Below, in pieces: positions 21,109-31,544 of a stretch of 64,000 bases of DNA; the first letter of the stretch is position 1, and every line of letters begins with the position of its first letter. The DNA is from Spirochaetia bacterium (GTDB lineage Bacteria; Spirochaetota; Spirochaetia; SZUA-6; Bin103). A program made the position numbers and the translations under genes. A model generated the notes under the pieces. It searched no databases and was not told the origin of the DNA. It worked only from the letters and a program-made list of their open reading frames with translations. The stretch is from positions 5,344,001-5,408,000 of the forward strand of contig CBDBDQ010000005.1 in assembly GCA_965203905.1 (NCBI GenBank). Reading direction: 5' to 3'.

Positions 21109-22107
21109 ATGCTGACCTACGTCGCTCGCCGGATCATCTACATGCTCATCATCATGTTGGCGGTGTCGTTGGTCGCGTTCATCATCATCCAACTGCCGCC
21201 GGGTGACTATCTCACCATTGTCATCCAGACGTTGAAGACCAGGGGCATCCAGGTGGATGCGGCCATGATCCGGGCACTCGAAGATCATTACGGGCTGAAT
21301 CTTCCCTGGTACACCCAGTACCTCAAGTGGATGTGGAACATGCTGCAGGGCGATTTCGGCAGGTCCTTTCAATGGAACAAGCCGGTGAGCGAGCTGATTG
21401 CCGAGCGGCTTCCCCTTACCGTCACCATCTCGGTCCTCACCTTGCTCTTCGTCTACGTTGTTTCCATACCGCTGGGGATCTACTCCGCTACCCATCAATA
21501 CTCCCCCGGGGACTACGTGTTCACGGTAGCCGGCTTCGCCGGCCTGGCGATACCGAACTTTCTGCTCGCGCTGATCCTGATGTTCCTGTTCTACAAGTTT
21601 CTCGGGCTCAGCGCCGGCGGCCTGTTTTCGCCCGACTACCAGACCGCTCCCTGGAGCATCGCCAAGGTCTGGGACATGCTGAAACACCTTCCCATTCCCA
21701 TCATCGTCATCGGCACGGCCGGCACCGCGGGGCTGATCCGCATCATGCGCGGCGGCCTCCTCGACGAGCTGCAGAAGCAGTACGTCATCACCGCCCGCAC
21801 CAAGGGTGTTTCCGAGCGGCGGCTGCTGTTCAAGTACCCGGTGCGGCTGGCGATCAACCCCATCATCAGCACCGTGGGATGGACCCTGCCGGCGATTGTC
21901 TCGGGAGAAACCATTACCGCGATCGTGCTGAGCCTTCCCACCACGGGTCCGCTCCTGTATCGAGCCCTGGTCGCCCAGGACATGTACCTGGCCGGCAGCA
22001 CGGTCATGTTCCTGACCTTTCTGACGGTGATAGGAACGCTTCTCTCCGACATTCTGCTGGTTCTGCTCGATCCTCGGATCAGGTACGAAAAGAGCGTGGT
22101 GGCCTAA
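21109..22107 (+). CDS. Peptide/nickel-type ABC transporter permease (OppB/DppB family)
   Basis: PPGD, YGLNLP..QY, GDFGRSF, AIPNF, YVITARTKG, DPRIR. Confidence 0.92.
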   Translation: MLTYVARRIIYMLIIMLAVSLVAFIIIQLPPGDYLTIVIQTLKTRGIQVDAAMIRALEDHYGLNLPWYTQYLKWMWNMLQGDFGRSFQWNKPVSELIAERLPLTVTISVLTLLFVYVVSIPLGIYSATHQYSPGDYVFTVAGFAGLAIPNFLLALILMFLFYKFLGLSAGGLFSPDYQTAPWSIAKVWDMLKHLPIPIIVIGTAGTAGLIRIMRGGLLDELQKQYVITARTKGVSERRLLFKYPVRLAINPIISTVGWTLPAIVSGETITAIVLSLPTTGPLLYRALVAQDMYLAGSTVMFLTFLTVIGTLLSDILLVLLDPRIRYEKSVVA

Positions 22108-23211
22108 ATGCGAAGATCGGAGGCAGCCGCAGAAGAACAATACTTCGTCGCTTCCCAGTGGCAGCTCATGCGGCGCAAGTTCAGGAAGCACCGGCTGGCG
22201 TTGTTCGGAATCAGCGTATTGGGGGTGCTCTACACCACCGCCCTGTTCTGCGAGTTTTTTTCTCCCTATGACATCTACGAGCGGTATCCCGACTACATCT
22301 TCGCCGCGCCGCAACGACTCCGGTTCTTCGACGAGGGCAGGTTTCAGTTGCGGCCGTTCGTCTACGGACTCAAGGGCGAGCGCCATCCGGAGACGTTTCG
22401 CCGTATCTATACCGAGGACAGATCCAGGAAACTTCCGATCCGTTTCTTCGTCTCAGGCAGCGAGTACAAGCTGTGGACGGTGTTCCCCGGCCGCATCCAC
22501 CTGTTCGGCGTAGAGGACGGGCAGGTGTTTCTGTTCGGGACCGACAAGCTGGGCCGGGACCTCTTTTCCCGCGTGCTGTTCGCCAGCCGGATCTCGCTGT
22601 CCATCGGGCTGGTCGGGGTGAGCATCAGTTTCGTGCTGGGCTGCATCCTGGGGGGCATCTCGGGATACTACGGCAGAGCCTTCGATACGGTCATCCAGAG
22701 GGTCATCGAGTTCCTGATATCCATTCCCACCATTCCCCTGTGGATGGCCCTGAGCGCGGCGCTGCCGCCCGACTGGCCGCCGATCAGGATCTACTTCGGC
22801 ATCACGGTGATCCTGTCGATAATCGGCTGGACCGAGTTGGCCCGGGTGGTGCGGGGGAGGATCCTGCAACTGCGCGAGGAAGACTTCGTCATGGCCGCCA
22901 AGTTGAGCAACGCGACCAATCTCAGCATCATCCTCAGACACCTGCTCCCCTCCTTCATCAGTTACCTCATCGTCTATCTGACCCTGTCGATACCGGGCAT
23001 GATTCTGGGCGAGACCGCGCTCAGCTTTCTGGGCCTCGGAATCCGTCCGCCGGCGGTGAGTTGGGGTGCGCTCCTCAAGGAGGGCCAGAACATCCGCACG
23101 ATCGTGCAGAATCCGTGGTTGCTGATCCCCGGCATGTTCGTGGTGGTCGCGGTGCTGGCCTTCAATTTCCTGGGCGACGGCCTGCGCGACGCGGCCGATC
23201 CCTACAAGTGA
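22108..23211 (+). CDS. Peptide/nickel-type ABC transporter permease (OppC/DppC family)
   Basis: FGTDKLGRDLFSR, ETALSFLGLG, SWG, FNFLGDGLRDAADP. Confidence 0.92.
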   Translation: MRRSEAAAEEQYFVASQWQLMRRKFRKHRLALFGISVLGVLYTTALFCEFFSPYDIYERYPDYIFAAPQRLRFFDEGRFQLRPFVYGLKGERHPETFRRIYTEDRSRKLPIRFFVSGSEYKLWTVFPGRIHLFGVEDGQVFLFGTDKLGRDLFSRVLFASRISLSIGLVGVSISFVLGCILGGISGYYGRAFDTVIQRVIEFLISIPTIPLWMALSAALPPDWPPIRIYFGITVILSIIGWTELARVVRGRILQLREEDFVMAAKLSNATNLSIILRHLLPSFISYLIVYLTLSIPGMILGETALSFLGLGIRPPAVSWGALLKEGQNIRTIVQNPWLLIPGMFVVVAVLAFNFLGDGLRDAADPYK

Positions 23212-23296
23212 CCGTGGCGCTGCAGGCGCTCCCGACCGTCTGTTGACAGTCAGCTCTGCTCCGTTACCCTTGGTCAATCCACTGTAGGAGGATGGT

Positions 23297-25276
23297 ATGA
23301 CAAGATCTGCCACGTTTGGCGTTCTGGTGATGTTGTGCGGCTCGGTGCTCGCATTCGGCGCCGGTACGACCGCTACGGAGTCGGAACCGGCGGCCGAGCC
23401 GATGGCCGCATCCGGCGAATTCAACGAGGCCCCGATGCTGGCCGCGATGGTGGCCGCGGGAGACCTGCCACCCTTGGCAGACAGGCTGCCCGAGGAGCCG
23501 GCCGTGCTGTGGCCGTTTGCGGTCGACAACCCGGAGATCGGTAAGTACGGGGGCACCATCCAGGTGTTCGCGGTCGACAACAACCCCTGGGGCGACCTGC
23601 TGGAAGAGACGGAGCGCGGCAGCTACATCTTCCGCACCAACGAAGACGGCGAGATCCTTCCCGACCTGATCCGAGACTACGAAGTGTCCGATGACGAGAC
23701 GGTCTTCACGCTGCACCTGAGAAAGGGAATGAAATGGTCCGACGGCGCGCCTTTTGTCGCGGACGACTTCGTCTTCATGTGGAAGGACATGGCGCTCAAC
23801 GAGGAAGTCAAGTCGTGGTTCAACAACGATGAACCCCTGGAGCGCATCGTGAAGGTCGACGACTACACGCTGCGCTACGAGTTCGAGGTGCCGTACCCGA
23901 CGTTCGTGCTCAACGCGGTCTCCTGGCGAGGCGGTGACTGGATGCGCTTTGCGCCCAAGCACTACCTGGAGAAGTGGCACATAGAATACAATGATGATGC
24001 CAACGAACTCGCCAAGAGCGAGGGATTCGAGAACTGGTGGGAGGCCTTCAACCATCACTGGCAGGTCGCCCCTTCCAACGACATCGAAAAGCCGATGGTG
24101 CAACCATGGATATTCGAGGAGTTCACCAGCACCTATCGAACGTTCGTGCGCAATCCCTACTACTACGCGGTAGACCGGGCTGGAAACCAGTTGCCGTACA
24201 TCGACCGGGTCGTCTCCTCGATCGTCGATCCGGAGGTCTACAACCTGAAGATCATGAGTGGCGAAGCCGATCTCGCCTTCATGAATACGTCGTTCCAGAA
24301 CTATCCGCTCTACAAGGAGAACGAGGAGCAGGGCGGCTACCGGGTCGTGCTGATACCGGGGATGACCGGGGCGGCGGTCGCCTACCATCTCAATCAGAAC
24401 CACTCCGACCCGGTGCAGCGTGAGCTGTATCAGGATGTGCGGTTCCGGCGCGCGCTCTCGACCGCGATCAACCGGGAAGAGATCAACGAAAGCGTGTACT
24501 TCGGGGTCGCCACGCCGCGCCAGGCGACGATTCCGAGCGCCGCCAGCTACTACAAGCCGGAGTGGGGCGAGGATCATCCCTACGCCGGTTACGACCCGGA
24601 TGCGGCCAACCGGCTGCTCGACGAGATCGGTCTGACCGAGCGCGACGGAGACGGCTTTCGCAAGCGCTCCGACGGCAAGACCGTGCAGCTCATCGTGGGC
24701 TATTCGAGCGGCATCTCGGGGGCGGAGGAGACCGTTCACGAGCTGATCAAGGAGTACTGGGAAGAGATCGGTCTGAAGGTGCTGCTGAAGCCGGAGGAAT
24801 ACGCCATCTACTTCGAGCGGGTGCAGGCCGGCGAGCACGACGTCATCGGCACGGCGGAGGGCTTCGAGCACGAGTTCAAGTACTTCATCGTCAGTCCCGA
24901 GACCATCAGGTTCGGTCCGCTGTGGCACCAGTGGCTGAGGGCGAACCAGTCGGTACAGGACGGCAAGACGACCCTCGCGGACTACGAGGGCGGCACGCTG
25001 CCCGGCGAAGAGCCGCCCCAGAAGATCAAGGACTTCTACGATCTGCAGGCGCGCAAGTACGCCTCCAGGTACCGCTCTCCCGAGTACATGGCACTGAGCC
25101 AGGAGATCTTCGACTGGTACGCCGAGGAAACGGTGCTGATCGGCACCGTGGGAATGGTGCCCACCCCGCTGATAGCCGCCGACAACCTGGGCAACGTCAA
25201 CGTGGAAGTCTTCTGGAGCGCCGCCGGGCTCTACGAGTCAGGCAACTACCTGAGCAAGTTCCTGTTCTTCAAATAG
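23297..25276 (+). CDS. ABC transporter substrate-binding protein, family 5
   Basis: Signal peptide; EAPML..VAAGDLPPLADRLP, LRKGMKWSDGAPF, RNPYY.VD.GNQLPYID, RFRRALS.AINR. Confidence 0.92.
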   Translation: MTRSATFGVLVMLCGSVLAFGAGTTATESEPAAEPMAASGEFNEAPMLAAMVAAGDLPPLADRLPEEPAVLWPFAVDNPEIGKYGGTIQVFAVDNNPWGDLLEETERGSYIFRTNEDGEILPDLIRDYEVSDDETVFTLHLRKGMKWSDGAPFVADDFVFMWKDMALNEEVKSWFNNDEPLERIVKVDDYTLRYEFEVPYPTFVLNAVSWRGGDWMRFAPKHYLEKWHIEYNDDANELAKSEGFENWWEAFNHHWQVAPSNDIEKPMVQPWIFEEFTSTYRTFVRNPYYYAVDRAGNQLPYIDRVVSSIVDPEVYNLKIMSGEADLAFMNTSFQNYPLYKENEEQGGYRVVLIPGMTGAAVAYHLNQNHSDPVQRELYQDVRFRRALSTAINREEINESVYFGVATPRQATIPSAASYYKPEWGEDHPYAGYDPDAANRLLDEIGLTERDGDGFRKRSDGKTVQLIVGYSSGISGAEETVHELIKEYWEEIGLKVLLKPEEYAIYFERVQAGEHDVIGTAEGFEHEFKYFIVSPETIRFGPLWHQWLRANQSVQDGKTTLADYEGGTLPGEEPPQKIKDFYDLQARKYASRYRSPEYMALSQEIFDWYAEETVLIGTVGMVPTPLIAADNLGNVNVEVFWSAAGLYESGNYLSKFLFFK

Positions 25277-25390
25277 GCGCGTGGCGCGCGGTCAGGCGCC
25301 CGATTCAACGAGCGGCGGGCAGGGTCACTCGCCGCCATTGGACGGAACGGGCGCCGCCGCGCGGCATGTCGGTTGCCAGGCGTTGTCACC

Positions 25391-26329
25391 ATGTACGTTG
25401 AGCGTGTCCTCGACCGAGCGGATTGCGGACGTTCCCTAGAACGTGTCGCCTCGTCGGGTGCCTATTGGGAACTCGATGTGGGCGAATCGCTCATTTGCAC
25501 GACTCCCGGTAATGAGCCATGCACCATCGATTTGCTGCACGTTGACGAGAGATCCGCTACCGTGCGGATAGACGGCGCGGCGATCCCGATCCCGCTGGGA
25601 CACTTTGCCAGCAGATCGCTTGGCAATCCGGCGGACGACGTGGTCAGCATGGTCAACCGGGAGGGGCTCCGCATCGGCGCCGACATGACCCGCAACTACA
25701 TGAGCGGGAGCAAATACTCCCTCAGCCTGGTAAACCTCAAGAAGGATGCCCGCATCTACCTGGGACCTGCCGATCAGCCCCTCGCTACACCCGGCAGTTA
25801 CGCATTCCCGTTGCCGGATTACGACTGGAACTTCGGCGAGAACTGGCTCCACCCCGTACCCTATGGCTGGCATCTCGGGGTTGATCTGGATGGCGAGCAG
25901 GGTCACCCCCTGGCAGCCGTAACCGACGGCACCGTGGTGGCAGTCAGGCACTTCGACGCCGCGCACCACGAGGAAGACTTCTGGGGCAACGGCCTGGCTC
26001 TGCTCGGCGATGACCGCCGGCTTTATATCTACATGCACTGGGACAGCCTGGCCGAAGGAGTGTCGGAGGGTAGCCGCGTCCGCGCCGGAGTTGAACTAGG
26101 CCGGATGGGACGGTCCGGGTTTGCATCGAGACCATTCCCCACCCACCTTCACTTCGAGATCATGGTGCTCCGACATCCGGAAGAGTTCCGCTTTGCCTTT
26201 GAGCTTGAGCCTGATGTTCTGCCCACGCCGAACCGCGTGTTGCCGCCCGAAACAGAGGGAAACGCGGTGAATCCATACCCCTACCTGGTGGAATGGTACC
26301 TGAACGCACAGATCCACAGATCATCCTGA
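25391..26329 (+). CDS. M23 family metallopeptidase domain protein
   Basis: HLGVD, YMH and HLHFE motifs, VNPYPYL; unrecognised N-terminal half. Confidence 0.8.
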   Translation: MYVERVLDRADCGRSLERVASSGAYWELDVGESLICTTPGNEPCTIDLLHVDERSATVRIDGAAIPIPLGHFASRSLGNPADDVVSMVNREGLRIGADMTRNYMSGSKYSLSLVNLKKDARIYLGPADQPLATPGSYAFPLPDYDWNFGENWLHPVPYGWHLGVDLDGEQGHPLAAVTDGTVVAVRHFDAAHHEEDFWGNGLALLGDDRRLYIYMHWDSLAEGVSEGSRVRAGVELGRMGRSGFASRPFPTHLHFEIMVLRHPEEFRFAFELEPDVLPTPNRVLPPETEGNAVNPYPYLVEWYLNAQIHRSS

Positions 26330-26480
26330 ATCCTGGTCCACCTGCCGCGGCAGTGTAATCAGCGCCGGCCTCCAGATCGCGGCATCAGGTGCGGCACCCC
26401 GGCGGGTGGTCCCGCACGGAAGTGAAACGCCGACGCCGACCATTCGTTACCCGACGATGCTGTTAGAATCCGCGTAGCGT

Positions 26481-26684
26481 ATGGATGGTATCGGCAGTGC
26501 CCTGACCACTCAGGTCCGCGCACGGGTGGATGCGGATGAACAGCTTGACGTGGAGGCGAGATTGCTCGTGCTCTCGGCACTGGAAGGCGACGAGGCGCTG
26601 GACCGGGTAACGGGACCGGGTGCCCCCCGGTCAAGGCTTGGGAGCCGGAACTGGGGCGTGGGGGAGGGGAGTGCTTACCTGTAA
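26481..26684 (+). pseudogene. Short ORF resembling the N-terminus of a large AAA ATPase, truncated
   Basis: LLVLSALEGDEALDRV; ends against the low-GC block. Confidence 0.3.
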
Positions 26685-27082
26685 GGCAACGCTCGCTTCT
26701 CTGCCTTGTTACGCAAATGCTCAGCCGCCTTTCTCGCTCTGTTCTTGGATATCTCGAATAGCTTACGAAAATCAATCAAGACGTGATCCGGTGCAAACGG
26801 CTGTGGATCCGATTTTACAGGTAAGCATTTCTCCTGGCAGTCTTCAGGTGTGACAGCCATAATTCCGTCCGGTGGCTCTCTTTCCGGATCCGCTGAGTAG
26901 CGTCGGTACAACTCTTTGGCGGCAATCAACCTACTGTTAGAAACCGACAACTGATAATCGTCTTCGTCCCGAAACGGGAGAAATGCGTGCGTACCTACCT
27001 TTCTTTTATTTGGATCGTAACAACCAAACGGAATCACTCTATAGAGAATAAGCCGTGGATCAAATTGTTGAGACGGTTCCAT
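26675..27082 (-). CDS. Small ADP-ribosyltransferase/RES-like putative toxin
   Basis: LYRVIP...AF....LSV....DP....HVLI pattern; 135 aa, low GC. Confidence 0.5.
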   Translation of the reverse strand: MEPSQQFDPRLILYRVIPFGCYDPNKRKVGTHAFLPFRDEDDYQLSVSNSRLIAAKELYRRYSADPEREPPDGIMAVTPEDCQEKCLPVKSDPQPFAPDHVLIDFRKLFEISKNRARKAAEHLRNKAEKRALPYR

Positions 27083-27606
27083 CCTTTCCTATTATATAGC
27101 TCGAGAGTCTCTTCGAAATCCCTTTCGTCATGATTGTCTTCAGAAAAAAAGGAATACCATGCTCCGGTCTTTGAAATGAGAGAAACAGTAAGGACTGAAG
27201 ATTTTGCAGCATTTTGCCATTCCATCTCAACATCACCATCAGGATTCAAGAAGACTGCCGGTGTTGAGTGCTGTTCAAAATGCGCCACAAATGATTCCGC
27301 TAACCACTCCAGCCCGGAGACATCGGGAGCCTTGCTTCCCTCACCCATCCAACCATCCTGATAATCACGGAATGAAAGAATACGCTCTTTAACCTCAGAA
27401 ATATCATCCGGATTCCTTGAGGAAAGGACAGGTCGAGTAATGCCGCAGTCAGATCCCGATTCAGGCCACACGACACTGGTCAACGAGCCCGTTCCTGATA
27501 TCTTGTGTATCGACGCCTTGACCTCCGCCTTCTTCGGTGGTACCAAGAAATGAGACAACTCGAACCTTGACTCTCGCGAAGAATAGACATCAGGCACTAC
27601 CGTCAT
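27034..27606 (-). CDS. Hypothetical protein, putative antitoxin
   Basis: ILSFRDYQDGWMGEGSKAP...PAVFLNPDGDVEMEW pattern; ATGA overlap with the upstream gene. Confidence 0.55.
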   Translation of the reverse strand: MTVVPDVYSSRESRFELSHFLVPPKKAEVKASIHKISGTGSLTSVVWPESGSDCGITRPVLSSRNPDDISEVKERILSFRDYQDGWMGEGSKAPDVSGLEWLAESFVAHFEQHSTPAVFLNPDGDVEMEWQNAAKSSVLTVSLISKTGAWYSFFSEDNHDERDFEETLELYNRKGWNRLNNLIHGLFSIE

Positions 27607-28076
27607 GTAGTCTCCTCCTCTATTTTACCATCCTGTAATTTGAAAAATTTCGAAGGCTCGTCAGGAATGGGAATCCCTTCTCGATCGACTCGGCGCATCT
27701 CAAGAACATGATCCAGTACACCGTCTATCAACACACCGATTCCTGGTAAAGGAGAGACAAACCAAGGGGTCCATACATCTTCGTCAGACTTTCTTACCCG
27801 CGTACTGTACATGCAACTCGGTCTACTGGTAATGACGGTCTGACCCTCTTCTACTTCTTCAAATCTAACACCTTGAAGGGTTACACGAAATTGAACCTCT
27901 TCCGGATCCCAGGTGATGAATGGTGCATTCTGCTTCAGTTCCAGAGTCACACTATCCTCTCGATGCAACAGCGCTGGACCTTTCTAAGCGACGAACTTGG
28001 TGGTATGCGAGCATTTAACTTCGTCACCAGACATAACGTCGACGTTCGCACGTTCCGGACGCATATGCTCGCTCAT
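27603..28076 (-). CDS. Hypothetical protein (possible chaperone); in-frame TAG at 27984-27986 if the start is ATG 28076
   Basis: ORF 27603-27968 extends in frame to ATG 28076 except for one TAG; low GC. Confidence 0.5.
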
Positions 28077-28605
28077 TCTAGCCTGCCTTGCGCTCCACGG
28101 CCTTCAGGCGGCGTTCATGGTCCGACTAACGCCTTCCGACTCGACACGTGCAGCCGCCAACCCTTGTACGGTACCGAGGACACGTTTAACATCTCGCTTG
28201 AGTTCATCGTGTCTTGAACTCCAGCAGCAGCCCATCTCGCTCACGCTCAGTCATCGCGCCACCTCACCCCAGGCTCCCATTGTACCGGATCCGCGTTAAC
28301 TCGTGAACTCGCAAGGAGCTACAAAACCATATCAATCTCGCGCAAAAAATGTCAACCGTTGACACTGCGCTAACAATCGTCCCTGCCGGGTCCGTTGCTG
28401 TAACTGACTAACCTATCACGATTTATCGCCATTCTATTTAGAGTTGTAATCCCCGTCCAAGCCGGATCCGTTCGCAGATTCCGGCACACGTCATCGAACT
28501 GGTGCGGCGACCGGGCACGCGCAGGTGGTGCGACCTCCTGGACATCGCCAAACACTTCGCCGAAGTCGGCCGCCAAACCGCCACCCACCGATCGCGGTCC
28601 GGCCA

Positions 28606-29475
28606 CTACCGCTCCTTCACCCAGGGCTGCGGCGTGGTGTATCCCAGATCGGCATAGGGGTCCTCCCCGCGTACCTGCACGACGCCGCGGAAGTTCCGCT
28701 CGCCGCCCCAGGTCAGCCACGTGGAAGCGCTGCAGTAGTGGAAGGTGAGGGCCGGGCGGTACCGGTCGCTCTGGTTCTTGTGCGAGCTGTGCAGCAGGTA
28801 GCCACTGAAGAACAGGACACTGCCGGCGGGCATCTCGACCGGGATGGCCCCGGACTCGTCGAAGCCACGCGCGACCGGATTGGTGTCGACGCCCGGCAGG
28901 TCGTGGGCGTAGCGTTCGTAGATGACCCCCGACTTGTGGCTGTCCGGCAGGATCCATAGGCATCCGTTCGCCACCGTCGCGTCGGTCAGCGCGATCCACA
29001 CTCCGGTCAGCGAGCGGTCGCGAGTCGGGATGGGGTGCTCGTCCTGGTGCCACGGGCTGCCGCTGCCGCCGGGAGGCTTCACCACGAACATGCTCTGCAT
29101 GCACTTGTAGGCGCCATCCCAGAATGGCACGTAGGCGCCAACGACGTGGTCCAGGACGCGGCAGATGCCGGGATGGGTCATGGCGGCACGGACGACCGTG
29201 CTGTAGACATGCGGCTGCCCCAGGTACATGTGGCGGCCGAGGAGCCGTTCGTCATCCTCGGGCCAGTCGACCGGCTCGATTTCGTCGCGCCAGGTCACCC
29301 CCTCGATGGGCGAGCTCGAGTAGTCGCCCCGATTGATCCTCCGCAACTCACGGGTAATCTCGGCGCGGGCGGCCTCGTCCACCAGGCCGGTGACCAGCAC
29401 GTACCCGCTCTCGATGTAGGATCGCCGCAACTCGTCGCCCGACGTCTGCGTCGGATCGAACGTCGCGATTGTCAT
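28606..29475 (-). CDS. Phytanoyl-CoA dioxygenase (PhyH) family Fe(II)/2OG oxygenase
   Basis: KPPGG..PWHQD, WIALTDATVANGCLWILPDSHK, LLHSS..N; GGAGG RBS before ATG 29475. Confidence 0.9.
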   Translation of the reverse strand: MTIATFDPTQTSGDELRRSYIESGYVLVTGLVDEAARAEITRELRRINRGDYSSSPIEGVTWRDEIEPVDWPEDDERLLGRHMYLGQPHVYSTVVRAAMTHPGICRVLDHVVGAYVPFWDGAYKCMQSMFVVKPPGGSGSPWHQDEHPIPTRDRSLTGVWIALTDATVANGCLWILPDSHKSGVIYERYAHDLPGVDTNPVARGFDESGAIPVEMPAGSVLFFSGYLLHSSHKNQSDRYRPALTFHYCSASTWLTWGGERNFRGVVQVRGEDPYADLGYTTPQPWVKER

Positions 29476-29889
29476 CGAATCGTCACCTCCCGCAACCACA
29501 CCGCATGGACAAGGGGCCACGAAGCAGCCGGTCACGTCAACGCCGGCATGGGACGAGTCGGCAGCATGCCTGCAACCTCCGCCGCGTGGTGATACCTGAG
29601 CCGCTCCCGGCACCACTACCGTACGAGCTTTGCCCCGACGCGGACGAATCGCGCGACCTCCTGGACGTCGCCCGCCAAGCCGCCTCCCGCCGATCCCGAG
29701 AAGCCGGAAAGGACGGAGACCGCACGCGACCGTGTTGCAGGGCGTCCGCTCGGCACCTACACTCGGATGGGTAAGACCATGGCATGGTACGGACGGCAAA
29801 GCTTGCCGGTCCCTCGGATGATGGCCAGCGCGCGGCTTACCCAAATGCGCGCTCCGTGACACCGGGAATCGTAGAGCTATAGAATCAAA

Positions 29890-30699
29890 GTGCCTTTGAC
29901 TGATGGCGAGTTTGTGGTGATGAACAACTGTTGCGTGTACCAAGATCTGCAGCGAGAGGTCGGCGCCTTGTTCACCTGTTCAGAGCACGGTGAGTATCAG
30001 AGAATACGTACACCCTTTCTTTACCCAGACGGCGATTACATCGATCTATTCTGTAAGGTTGTCGATGACGTAGTGACGGTAAGCGACCTCGCTGAGACCA
30101 CCGGTTGGCTGCGCATGCAGTCGCTGGGCATGCGCCGTTCTCCGAAGCAAAGGCGACTCATAGAAGATACTTGTGTGACACATGGGATAGAGCTCTACCG
30201 CGGAATGCTTCAGGCGCGGTGCCGTAGCGGGGACGAATTGGCTTCCGTCGTTACGCGGGTTGCACAGGCGGCTTTGCGGGTTTCCGACTTGTGGTTCACG
30301 TTTCGAGCGCAGGCCGTCCAGTCCATCACGGATGAAGTAGCAGATTTTCTCGAGGACCGCGAACTACGATTCGAGCGCTCCGAAAGGCTCGCCGGCCGGT
30401 CGGGACGTGGCTGGATGGTCGATTTCCACGTTCGGGCCGAGTCTCGAAGTTCACTGCTTCAGGTGCTGAGCACCGGGAATCGGGCGGCAGCCGACCGAGT
30501 CTCCGAGCACGTGTTGGCGGCGTGGCACGATCTGAATCACCTTGCAGCCGGCCCGGAAGCGCTAACCTTCGTCTCACTGTTCGACGACACCGCCGACGTA
30601 TGGGCGGATGAGGATTTTCGGTTGGTCGAGCCGCTGTCGACGGTGTCACGCTGGTCGCGGCCGGACGAGCTCGCCGCGATTCTGAGCGGGGCAGCGTGA
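29890..30699 (+). CDS. DUF1828/DUF1829 domain protein
   Basis: IRTPFLYPDGDYIDLF..VSDLAET; GRSG..VDF. Confidence 0.75.
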   Translation: MPLTDGEFVVMNNCCVYQDLQREVGALFTCSEHGEYQRIRTPFLYPDGDYIDLFCKVVDDVVTVSDLAETTGWLRMQSLGMRRSPKQRRLIEDTCVTHGIELYRGMLQARCRSGDELASVVTRVAQAALRVSDLWFTFRAQAVQSITDEVADFLEDRELRFERSERLAGRSGRGWMVDFHVRAESRSSLLQVLSTGNRAAADRVSEHVLAAWHDLNHLAAGPEALTFVSLFDDTADVWADEDFRLVEPLSTVSRWSRPDELAAILSGAA

Positions 30700-31208
30700 C
30701 AAGCACGGCGGGGTGAGGTGGAATGGCGGCGTATTCCACGACTACGACCGAATAGAGTCGATTTGGTGCGGCTCGCGGCGTTCCTGCACGCCATCCGGCC
30801 GTAGGCCACCGAGACGGCGTGGGCGCTGTCCGACGGCGGTCCCATCTGGCGTGCTTAGCCTGACCCGGCTGATGGACGAGGTCACCCGGCGCGGCAAGCA
30901 CGGGATGTTGCACGGCATGGTTTCGGTCTCGCGCGCTCCAAGGGCTGGTCGTGGTCGAGCCGCGCATTCTGCTCCCGCGGACGGAACAACCAAGGGCCGC
31001 GTCGGCAGAGTTGTGCGCGGCAGGCGAGGCGGCTCGGGCCGCGGAGCAGACGGATGCCGGCCGCTCGCTAGCCGTGCACGCGTCGGTACACTCGCACTTC
31101 TACCATCCCCGCCGATTACGTACACTGAACCGCGTGGTCGCTGGATAAGTTCCGAGATTGCCGGAACCGGATCCGGTCACTGGCGGGTGAGGCCGTGGGA
31201 GTGATTAC

Positions 31209-31544
31209 ATGAAAACGGAGACTGCGAATCAGCACATCGAGATCACTCCGGGCGTGTGCGGAGGAAAGCCCCGCATTAGCGGACATCGGATTACCGTTGC
31301 GAACATCGTTATCTGGCATGAGCGTCTTGGCAGGAGCGCCGATGAGATCGCCACCGAGTATGACCTGACTCTATCCGACGTGTATGCGGCCTTGGTTTAT
31401 TACTTCGATAACCGTGCGGCAATTGACGGCTCCATCGCGAAGAGCAACGCTCTCGTTGCCAGCTTGCGGAAGAAGAACGTTTCCCCACTCGCCGAGAGGT
31501 TTCAGGAACCAACCAGACATGGCGAGGATCCGGTTCTACACTGA
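31209..31544 (+). CDS. DUF433 family antitoxin
   Basis: IEITPGVCGGKPRISGHRITV, VYAALVYY. Confidence 0.9.
   Translation: MKTETANQHIEITPGVCGGKPRISGHRITVANIVIWHERLGRSADEIATEYDLTLSDVYAALVYYFDNRAAIDGSIAKSNALVASLRKKNVSPLAERFQEPTRHGEDPVLH

Noticed and set aside
20554-24928. Long antisense ORFs opposite the opp genes (also opposite hsdR, hsdM and the transposases)
   Set aside because: Shadow frames caused by GC3-biased codon usage; no recognisable motifs.
9440-27986. Stop-codon reassignment (TAG/TAA at probable Trp positions in alpA, the P4 integrase and the 28076 gene)
   Set aside because: Two of the three cases are in genes with other lesions, and TAG ends normal genes in this window; simple G-to-A nonsense mutations suffice.
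30780-31148. Possible IS6 transposase remnant (AVHASVHSHF), with a faint echo near 19020-19045
   Set aside because: Too short and degenerate; no IRs found.
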